From Perna viridis (taxonomy: Eukaryota), in assembly GCA_037379345.1 (NCBI GenBank), contig CM074513.1, forward strand, positions 13,082,001 to 13,146,000: 64,000 nt of DNA. The letters run 5' to 3'. The notes beneath the pieces are model-generated. The model did not search any database. It was not told the origin of the DNA and worked only from the letters and a program-made list of their open reading frames with translations. The translations under genes and the position numbers were made by a program. Below, one piece after another: positions 28,101 through 37,600 of the stretch (positions within the stretch are counted from its first letter, which is position 1; each line of letters starts with the position of its first letter).

Positions 28101-31100
28101 TCCCAGTTTTTAGTGGAGTCCGAGTTGCTCATTTACTTTTGTTACTTTGTATGATTTTAGTTACTTTATGTTCTTTATTGTGTATGTCTGTTTTCTATGT
28201 CTGGTCTTTGTCCCTGGATTACATTCTTTTGATTACCGCTATAACCTTGGTTCCCTTGATTACTCCTTGATATCTATGATAGATGAAATAAAACTTTCTG
28301 TTGCTGAAATGATCCTTATGATAAGACCTACAAAAGTTTGCTGGGATCAAACGTCTGCCATTACTGAAATACTAAAAATAGAACATAGGGGTCAGACAGT
28401 TTGTATATATCTCAGAAACTGTTAGGTTGAGCCAAATTCTGATATGGAAGAAAAGTAGTGTGTTAGGTTTATCCAGATTCTTTCAATTGCTGAAATAGTC
28501 CTTTTTTCAAGTCCTACAAGTATTTTCAAGGGATCAAAGTTGTCAGACGACTCCTTGTAAGAATTATTGCCCTTGAAAGGCAAAAAATTATGTTTTTAGT
28601 AGTTTTCAGCCAATATCTTGAATACAATAATAGATAGGATGAAACTTTCAATTGATGAATGATACTTATGATAAGATCTACCAAAGTCTTCCTTGAGTCA
28701 AAATTGTATGACAACTCCTTGTTTGAGTTATTGCCCTTGAAAGGCAAAAATTTAACCAGATGAGCAATTTATTCTCCTTTGGGCCTCTTGTTTATAGTCT
28801 GACCTGAGTAAGAATATTTGTTTACCTTGAAAATAGGACATATTTTAAGAGCATAAATAAACTCAAAATAAGATATATTTTGAAAAAGTCAAGTCACGGA
28901 ATAGATAAAGGAGCTGAATCATTAAATATTCAAGTGTGTTATGATATAATGTACTATAAATAAATCCTACTTTGAAAATGGGCATCTACATTAAACTCTC
29001 AGGATAGCAATGTGATTACTGTAAAGTTATTTATTTTAATGGTGTGCTAATTTTTTGCTATATTCTAACAGCATATAGCACTAATAATTATTTTTTTAAA
29101 CAATGATACTGCGAACATGTTCATTTGACAGAATCCGTGAATATTAGCAACCAAGAAAATTAATGTATTTACAGTAATAATTGTAATAGAGTCAATCCAG
29201 TTAGATATCCAATCTAAAGGGAACAGGCATATATGACGTGTTTTTGTCCCCAGTACTATATTTTCCTACTTTGTTGAAAATACAACAAAAATTTTCCAAG
29301 AATAAAGGGTTGGGCTGCTTTGAAAGCAAGGAACAAAATCACTGTATACCAGTAAAATTTATGAAATGAACATTGTTGGTTAGTATTTGAAAGTGTTTTT
29401 GCACAGTTTGTTAATCTACATGTAGATTCATTCAATAGGGTCTTATTTAGAGACAAACAGGTGCATTACACTTCAGATGTTTCATTTTACAGGATATGAT
29501 GATATAACCCAGCAGGTGAATGACTTTACCAAATCCACGTATCTGAATCAGTCACAGAACAAAGTGTCAGCAGTTTCAGGTTTGTTAAATGGTTAGCATC
29601 ATGTAGTATGTATATGTTACTTAACCCTTAGTTTTAGCACTTCATCTTCTCTATTGGGTGATTGCAGTAAAAGTCTCAATGATTAAATAGATGTCATCAA
29701 ACAAATTTTCTGCAGATGATCAGAATTTTTTCCTGGAATAACCCTAAGAGGTATTGTGTTATATATGTGGTTAAATATCTGAGTTTATTACACATTCATA
29801 AATTCTAATGGGAGCATTTAATGGAAAATTTTTGTTCACTGTCTGCATATCTGTACAATTGAACTTGAAATACGTTACCACATTTTTTTTAAGGTTATTA
29901 TCGTTTTTTTATACCAAAGGTTTTCACTTAAATGCTATAGTCATGGCATACAAGACAAGCAATAGAGAAACTATTTTTTTCTATAGCTCCGTACTTACAC
30001 AATTTTAACTGATGTTAATTGAAATTTTCCAAGGCAGTTCCTTTTTTGTTAGGTTAAAGTAAGATATGATAATGTATGTTGAATTAGTGCTTTAGTTAAT
30101 CAAAAATTCATCATAAACAAATGTTTGTAGGTTCAGCCACCCCTGTTACGGCTGACTTGTCTGGCACAGGACTGAGTGGTGTGACTGGATATGGTAAAAC
30201 ACATACACAGGTAGGATATTAATCAGAAATTAATCAGAATTCGAATGTTATTTTTATTTAAAAAAAAAAAAAAAATGGATTGTCACCATAGAACATGTAT
30301 GCAATTAAACAGTACAAGTTACAAAACATGTAAACATAAAATTATAATCAACTGCATGCCTCCATCCAATTGAATCTAATAATTAGGTTTAATCAGGCCT
30401 TTCATTAAGAGGCAGTACCAGGTACTTTTACCCTTATAAACTACTGAAAGGTATTCCAGAATTTTAAAATTTCATATATTTTTATTAAACAAAATGATGA
30501 AAAGTACCTCCTACAAAACCAAAGGTACCTGCATTGCAAAATAAATAATGAAACCCCTGTTTGTTACATAGCACCAAAATAGGAGCACCTCTCGGATTGA
30601 ATAAATGGTCAACTCTCTCGGATGTTGAGTCAACTGAGGAAGTTGAGTTATTAATTACAATGACAAAAATATTTTCTTTTGATTAATAACATTGATTGTC
30701 AAAATTTCACATCTGTTACTGTACATCACACTGATGCAATTTTACAATAATATATGAAATATCAAATTCCTCCCATGTGAATATATATTGAAATTGAAAG
30801 TTTATCATAATTAATGAAAAAGGTTCAGCATTCTTGTATAAAGTTTAAAGCTCTTTAATTACACATACCTTTTGTTACTTTAATCAACCAGCAACTTCAC
30901 ATTTACTTGTTCAATGTATTTGCTGTTTAAGAAACTATTTCCAAAATATTGATATAATTGACTGCATAGTTCATTTGTTAATATGACGTCCTTAACACGC
31001 TTTGAGACCACAGCTGTGGTTGATTTTCGATTGCCATATGAGCAGCACACGACTTATTTGGCATGGCTTGTGTGTGTGTGTAAATTACTGTCCACTTTAA

Positions 31101-32470
31101 TCATGTAAACAAACACTCCTGACATTCCGATATGTATCAGCTGTTTTCATTCATTGCAGAATTAGTGTGAATGAACATCAAATTCATATTTAATAAAGAT
31201 ATTAAATGTTACGTTTTAGAAAAGTTTAACATATATTATATTCCGCGAAAATCGCTTACACATACTCAGTAACACTCGCCACGTGCCACAAGCGCCATCA
31301 TGTTTGAAGCCAAACAATAACAATCATCAATGAATGAAACATTGTACCAGTCCATATGAGAACACTGTGACCTTCTAATGACTATTGCCATATCTAAGAT
31401 TATTCTACTTTATTCACCTTTTACTTCATTATGAAAAATGCAAAGCAAAGTATCACTATTGACTATTTCAACTGACATAGCTAGTGTAAAGTGTACCGGG
31501 GATGATTTTCTTCCGTTTTTTAGTGGATTTCCGCTATTTCAAATTCGGATTTTACTGTTCTGATTCCTTTTTTTATTGTATACTAGTATTTACTTCCAAT
31601 TTTGCCAATTTCCGCTTTGTTTGTTGACCTCATAAAATCATGCCTGGTTTACAGTCAAATATGTACAAATATAGTGCATTTAAGGTGACTGTAATAGGTC
31701 ACAAAAATGTAAAAAAGTACTGTTATTGTCCTATTAAAATCTAATTAAATCACACAAACTCCATTATATCATTGCTATCGCTCGAGGTAAAATAATGCAG
31801 CATAAATGGTTAGCCCATGGTAAGACAATGATAAAATGGAGTTTCCCTGATTTATTTTTTAATTGTAGTAAAAAATGTATGATATATTTGTATTGCAGCC
31901 ATTTGCTACTGGAAGTCAAGCTGGCAGTCATATTGGTGCCCCAACTAATCCTTATGGAGCGGCTCAGTTTATTCCATTGATGACACATCAGCCTCCATCT
32001 CAACTGCATCTACAAGGGTTACAGCAGGTAGGTATCCATCTATTTGTTTGTCCATTAGCATCTTACTAATTTTACATGTCGTTAACTATGCAACTTACTT
32101 ACCATAGCCACTTGATATTTTGAGAGAAGCTTTTTTGTATGCCATATTGTGGGATTTGATGACACCAAAACTTCCTATTTGACAACTTTGTCAATATTTT
32201 GATCATGTGGTGAGCTGAGTACTTAAATTGTCTAGTTTTCATGGGTTTTTTTTGGCGGGGGAGGGGGGTGTTACAGCATCACAGCTGTTCATTTTTTTTT
32301 TTCGGATGGTATTTCAGAATTCTATATCTTTTCTAATATGAAGAATTTTTTGTTCACAGGACAACAGTACTGGATCCAGTGCAAGAATCCACTCCCAGCA
32401 GACTAGTTCCCAGGCAAAGACAGTCACACCAAAGGGCTATACCACCCAGACTTATTGGGGAACCAGTTAG
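4139..32470 (+). CDS. UBAP2L: Ubiquitin-associated protein 2-like / lingerer orthologue, 24 coding exons, ~1476 aa
   Basis: Exons: 4139-4252, 4684-4770, 6484-6597, 6898-7246, 8751-8775, 9484-9599, 11070-11122, 13301-13386, 13754-13859, 14110-14538, 15582-15721, 18003-18210, 18590-18689, 18971-20373, 22003-22147, 22440-22525, 23385-23450, 24932-25037, 25943-26127, 27296-27401, 29493-29579, 30131-30210, 31899-32027, 32360-32470. All GT-AG and phase-consistent, total 4431 nt. Diagnostic motifs: ATPEQIRLAQ, UBA (DITG..VAIALQDCSNDTEKAINMLIEG), WKETGKKK, RGG box, LTETKVF, RIDLGALL, DUF3697 SKIPASAVEMPG..VQFG..FGFG, KAPPNLPPGVPLL, YGYEDLQLLQQR, C-terminal YWGTS*. Confidence 0.95.
5983..6434. mobile_element. 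MITE-like element in UBAP2L intron
   Basis: Imperfect terminal inverted repeats GCCAAAAAAAA...GGTCACCC / GGGTGATC...TTTTTTTCTGGCC. Confidence 0.5.
7494..8262. mobile_element. hAT-like non-autonomous DNA transposon
   Basis: TIRs CAGTGTGAGAAACCA / TGGTTCCTCACACTG, with subterminal CTCGCC/GGCGAG repeats. No clean TSD. Confidence 0.6.
9641..9851. mobile_element. Kolobok-type MITE (GG...CC termini, TTAA target)
   Basis: ~40 bp TIRs GGAGGTAGACCTAGGGTAAGGGACATAACTCTTGAAATCA / TGATTTTTAAGAGTTGTGTCCACTACCCTAGGTCTACTTCC. Flanks are TGAA and TTAA. Confidence 0.7.
9986..10681. mobile_element. Foldback MITE, ~295 bp inverted arms with ~100 bp spacer
   Basis: Termini TACTCGAATTCACCTCAGCCTGTTT / AAACAGGCTGAGGTGAATTCGAGTA. 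The arms stay complementary to about 10280 and 10380. TA dinucleotides at the ends. Confidence 0.85.
16854..17321 (+). mobile_element. Full-length SINE-like retroposon with non-tRNA head, Meta-like core and (AAAC)n tail
   Basis: GC-rich island with a 12-bp TSD TAGACTAAAATA (16842-16853 and 17322-17333). The core GCACGTTAAAGGACCC resembles the MetaSINE domain. The tail ATAGCTGAAATATTGCT..GGACGTTAAACC..(AAAC)n is typical of mollusc SINE 3' ends. Confidence 0.85.
17480..17830 (+). mobile_element. Partial Helentron-type non-autonomous element
   Basis: Shares AAAATAGAACATAGGGGTCAGA and TCTTCTCCTCTGAAACTACT blocks with 24313-24797 and 27571-28793. Confidence 0.55.
19252..19932 (+). repeat. Coding tandem repeats within the 1403-nt UBAP2L exon
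   Basis: Four 21-nt units encoding NQF(Q/H)(S/T)(S/G)Q at 19252-19335. About ten ~30-nt units of the QSGSYSDRxx type at 19645-19932. Confidence 0.85.
21205..21365. mobile_element. Short palindromic MITE; a related internally deleted copy lies at ~31745-31865
   Basis: ACTCCATTCATTGTTTTACCATGGGCT / AGCCCATGGTAAAACAATGATAAAATGGAGT. The right arm recurs at 31812-31850. Confidence 0.6.
23625..24170 (+). mobile_element. 5'-truncated copy 3 of the Penelope-like element
   Basis: Starts at the ICGNISSAP thumb-coding region, includes the 3' UTR module, ends TTGATTACTCT. Confidence 0.85.
24313..24797 (+). mobile_element. Helentron-associated non-autonomous element (HINE-like)
   Basis: Begins TTTTTAGCT. 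Ends with subterminal AGGTGAGC, then hairpin AGGCTCC-TG-GGAGCCT, then CTTGTT. Internally homologous to 27571-28793. Confidence 0.75.
26428..26690. mobile_element. hAT-like MITE
   Basis: TIRs CAGACCTGGTGAAAT / ATTTCGCCATGACTG. Confidence 0.5.
27571..28793 (+). mobile_element. HINE-like element with an internal ~205 bp duplication and a nested Penelope-like fragment
   Basis: 5' TTTTTAGCTCACCTAGCC..GGCCATGTGAG and 3' AGATGAGC...GGGCCTCTTGTTT. Segment 27794-27999 is repeated at 28375-28580. Confidence 0.75.
28026..28265 (+). mobile_element. Copy 4 of the Penelope-like element (3' UTR only)
   Basis: Near-identical to 59155-59396; ends CCCTTGATTACTC. Confidence 0.9.
29017..29175. mobile_element. 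Tc1/mariner-type MITE (TACTGT...ACAGTA)
   Basis: TACTGTAAA..ATT.ATTTT / AAAATTAATGTATTTACAGTA. Same terminal type as 56562-56771. Confidence 0.5.
30394..30559. mobile_element. Short hAT-like MITE
   Basis: TIRs CAGGCCTTTCATTA / TAATGAAACCCCTG. Confidence 0.45.
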
Positions 32471-33720
32471 GTAGACCAATGAGGAACATTGAGGACAGGC
32501 TTAAATGGGAAAATGGCCGCTCTTTATTTTGTTGTCTTTTAAACAAATTTTTGTTTTGGTGTTATTTGTCACACTGCTGGGGTTTTTATTATGTGGTTTC
32601 CATGAGAAGTTCCCCCTACTTCGGTTGTCGAGTAGAAAATATTTTCGTACGCCTTTGAAGATGCTGTGGATTAATTGTAGTTTTTATGAATTTTTTTTCT
32701 GCTTATTAATATTGTTAAGTATTGGAAATGGTCTACATTTTGATGTATAACATCACTGTATATTAATTAATCCATTGTAATCAAGCTAGATTGTGTTGAA
32801 TGTTCTTATAGAATATTGTTTTTGTGGGTGCCTTAATTGTTTCCCTTCAAGAAAGGGGTTAAGGAATGGCTAAAGGTATCTCTCAGAATTGTCAAAAATC
32901 AGATTAACACATGTGTCACCTTTTCATGAGAAATGAAATGTAGAGAACTTGTAACCCTTTAATATTACCCAAAGATTGTAGTTTTAGATACTTATTTGAT
33001 GAGAAGGGTTGTATTTTTGATATTTGGCAAAAGGTTGCACATTGTTGATATGTCTCTTTTATCACATTGATGGTGATGTTTTTTTTTAAATGCCCAAGCA
33101 CATTTCAGAGTTCATTTTTGCGTGTAAATATTTTTGTATAGTGGACAAGATCATTTTTCTTCACTGGACATTTCTGGGAGATAATCTTTGAAAATGAAGC
33201 TTGATTATTTTTTTTTCTCACCGTTATATTTTTTTGACTGCTGTTGGTTTGAATATTTTGTTGCCGTCTGTATAGTATTTTGTTATATATATTAGAGAGA
33301 TTAAATGAATTTAGAAAGTGATGTAATAGTATGTTGAAGAAACTTATTTTATTATAATTAAGCCATGGTTACAATAGTACGTTAAACCTGGAAGAGAGAG
33401 GCAACTTTATTTTTTAAGATAACAATTGAAGTTCAAAATAATTGAATGAACAGCAGATTAAATTTTTTTTTGTTATTTTGTGTGGATATTTTTCTTAATT
33501 ACTTGATGTTCGATGTATACCTTATAAAACTAGTGTGCATGTGTATAAATTCATTGTAAAACATAGATATCATCTGTAATGTCATTGGCTAAAAAGTTTA
33601 TCTTGTAGGAAATTTTTTTGTAAATATATAAATATATATGATCAAGTATGGTAAAACTAACAAAAAAAAATTGCCTTTTAAAGTGGAGCATTGCGTACTG
33701 TAATTTCCTATTGTGCTCAT

Positions 33721-33726
33721 AATAAA
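33721..33726 (+). terminator. Probable poly(A) signal of UBAP2L (3' UTR ~1.27 kb)
   Basis: AATAAA at the end of a U-rich tract that follows the stop at 32470, with GT-rich sequence downstream. Confidence 0.55.
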
Positions 33727-34240
33727 GAGAAAAATAATGATACTTCCCTGTTGTAGTTAATTATACTCAGTCCCACTTAAGTAGGTGGTATATTGGAAAA
33801 TAGTTTTGACCTCCTGTCTCTGACTTTCATCATAATTTTTATGGCACCCATGGTTGGATGGATAGATGAAAATTCTCTATGTGGCTTTAAATAAATAGAG
33901 TATACATGTAAGGGATTTTTACCTCCTAGGTCAAATTGAGATGTAATCATACACAAGGGAAAATGTACCACTTCGCCTTTACTTCCTGACAAAATCACAA
34001 TAGGAAAATGGTAATATGGTAAAACCAAGAAATGCACCAGCACATAATGTAAATACATGATAGACCTGAATTCTTATAGAGATCACCAAAAAGGTCATCA
34101 ACAAGTATAAACACAGCTCTGAAAGGCACCAGCAACAAAAGGACAATAAAATAGAACTGGTGAATTTTGAATAAAGAGTTATCTTACAGAGTCTATGGGT
34201 TTTGTTATGTAGAATCCCTAATTAACAATGTAGTATGAAA

Positions 34241-34246
34241 TTTATT
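34241..34246 (-). terminator. Candidate poly(A) signal of the DEG/ENaC gene
   Basis: AATAAA on the minus strand ~360 nt past the stop at 34606. Confidence 0.4.
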
Positions 34247-34605
34247 AAGTATCAAGTACATTTTTCTAGTTACTGCTTTTCTTCTTAATTTTTTAGTTTG
34301 TTATTACATTGTATAATATTATGTCTTATACAGCATTGACTAGTGAGTACTTGTATATGAACAAAATACAAGGAAAATTGGCCCTTCCCTGGGAAACTTA
34401 TTTCATATTTTGGTGTGTGAGGTGCGCACTACAGGCCTGTGACTTCAGTAAAGCTTTGTTTAATTTGAACACATGTTTTATTATTGCTTTTTGGCAGATA
34501 TTATATACAATAATAAGTCACAAGACTTTAAAATGTCATGACGTCTATTCAGGAAAAATAGTCCATGATAATACTGTATTCGTATATAGTGTCAAGGGAA
34601 GATAA

Positions 34606-37600
34606 TCACAAGTAGTATGGCCCGCTGTACTGATACTTAGATGGGGATGGTGTACCATATGTTTTAATGGCATCAGCTGGGGACATGTGTTTGTTCCTTG
34701 AAGGAAATAAACTAACATCACCCTCAGCAGGCATGAGTCTAGCTGTACTACGGTAATCAGAATTATCAGGTGTTGAACACCTTGGCATAGGACTGTTGGT
34801 TCGGCTGTAATCAACATAGTTAAAAAGGGGGAATTCACCACCTCCATGATTAGAATTGATGACTGTGGTGTACGGTCTTCTCAGTCCAGATCTTTCCCAC
34901 GGATGTGAAAACAATTGATCTTCCAGAAAATCTTGTTTAGATTCTGTTCGTTTATTATTTGACTTTCTTTCCTCCTCTATAGGTGCCAGGTGTGAAGGTC
35001 GACCGTTTCTTTTCAAGTCTGGCTGAGTAAAACGATTTGGTCTCTGTTCTTTGTGTCTGTCCTTGTATGCTTGCCATGTGATCGATGTAATCTCAGAGCT
35101 GGCTATGTTTTCTATTTCCATCGTTGGTTCTGCCCTTTAATACAAAAGATGGTTGTTATTTGAGTTATTGCATCGGACATACTTAAAATATTACAAAATA
35201 TAGTGTATCAGTTAAGGCAAAAGAAGTACCAGTCCATATAAAATTCAGACACTGCACATGGTGTAGAAAAACCCATGGATCAGACGATGCTTTTTTGGTC
35301 TACATATGCTATATGTTTATGTTACAATTGTACTCCCTGTATTTAGATCTATTTCTGAGAAAACTACATTTTAACTTCCCACTAAAAGCAACCAAATCAT
35401 GAATGATAACTCTTGCAAAGTGCTAATTTCACGTTCAATCTATATAAATTTTATCTCAAAAGCCCAACACTAAATGAAAAACTAAGACTGGTTATGTGAC
35501 CTATAACGGTTTCTGAACAAGAAATAAAACTTAATACAGTGAGTTTTTGACATGCATGATTTACCTCCCGTCTGATTTGTATAAAGACTGTTACTTAATT
35601 GGACAGATCCAGAGATTTTGAAATTGGGGAAGGTCCAGGCTATTTGTTTATTTTTGCCCAAACTACAGGAGAAATTTAACAAAATTGCCCAACAAAAGGT
35701 GTGTTTGAACCCTCCCCTGGATACGCCGCTGTCAAATTTAAGTTGTTATGAATATGTTGAATGAGCCTTACCTTCTTTTTATGGCAGTGTTGAAAAGGAA
35801 TTTTACCAGTAACCATAGCAACTGGAACACAGATATGATAGACATCCCAACAAACAGGGCAGAAAGACCCCCAATCTGCGATAGAAGGTCTAGTAACTGA
35901 AAAAAAAACAGTAATATACATCAGAAGCAGATTTATGTTTATCGTGTAAAATGAGTTCAGAAACACGTCTTCCTAAATCGGCCACTTTAATTTAGTGAAG
36001 ATTTTAAAAAAAAACTTATGACCAAATTATCATCAATATTTAACAAAATCGCACCCGCGCACAGATGCAACAAATACACTCAATTAAAAAACGAAAATGA
36101 AATTTAATGGCGAAAATGCTGTTTCGACTAAAGGTTCTTGAAAATAGGGAAAGAGAAAGCCTATTAGCCGTTGTTTACTTACTGATGTCAATCGACTCTC
36201 ATTTATCTCTTCGTAAACTTCAGGTTGAAGAAATATCGTTACATAGGCCAAGGATGACTGAATTGATGATTTGTTGAATCCTTGACCCAGCAGAGATGAT
36301 TCCAAGTGCTCAAGATATTCATTTGATGGCCATGGCAGTGTTGAGCCTGTTGTTTCAAATTTTGTTTCGCTGAAATGATAAAAAAAATCACTATTTCAAT
36401 TTATCAATACAATGTTGTTAAAGCGCATGCATTGTTGAAGTTCGGGGTTGGACAATCAAGGAAAAGTACACTGGCCACTCAATTTGAATATAAATATTGT
36501 ATGCGCTAATCTTGCTAAATAAATGATAGAGAAAAATTTTTTCCGACGCAGTCGGTATAGTTTCGCTTTTTAGCCTTTGACCTTAAGGACGCTCTTCTAT
36601 GGAAACGCAAATCACATGATCGCACTTATGTTTCCCGATTGGCTAAATACGGCTAACCTAGTGGCGTTCGAAAAAAACTATCGAAAATTTGAAATAGCGT
36701 TCGAAAAAAAACAATCGAAAATTTGACATTGCGTGCAATGTGTTATCTGAAAAAGAACAAAATTTCAATGTGTCGATTATCTTTTTTTAAAGATAGTGTT
36801 TGTTTTCAGTATAAATATTTTTTTTTTCAAAAGGCTAGTCTCGATTTTTCAATATTATTAAAATAAGACCTATCAGTTGTTCCATTGCAGCGATATTAAA
36901 ATAATTATATTCATACTACATTCCAATGAATTATTACATTTTTTTTGTCCACGTGGCTTGTCACAAGAAAAAAGTCGAAGAGGTGAGAGGTGGACGATAT
37001 ATTTACATAAGTTTTGATTGAGAATACACTTACCTGCACTTTGGTTTACAGTCGCATTCCAGTGACCCCATAGAAAGTAATTTCTTCACTGTTCTTGGAC
37101 AAACATCTATGAAAATATAGGGTTAAAAAACTCGTTTAATTCTTATTTACATTTTCTTGATGTTTTCATTTACTCCTATATTTTTAACTATATACATGGT
37201 TTCTACGCACTTGTGCTATTATAATTAAGTAGTCGGTTTATATATATTGTAGGATAATTTTTTTTTAATTTTAAGGTGTCTAAATACAATAAAAGTTTAT
37301 TTCTGGCCAATAATAAGGAAAGTTGAAAGTTGACTCTAAATTTTGAGAAACCACAGAGATACTCTAAAAACGTGACTTACATTGAAACTTATCATTAACC
37401 TGACACTGCGGTCCTGTCTGTCTGTCTGTATGGCACTGACAGTATTTAAACGTCAAAATATCCAGACAGCTCCGCTCACAAACCTGTAACATTTTTAGAG
37501 AACTTTGATTTGATCATTGTTTACACACTGTTTCATTGACATAATTCAGTTTTTAGTTCGCTTTTTCGTGCTGCTGGGCTTAATCATGGATAATAGAAAT

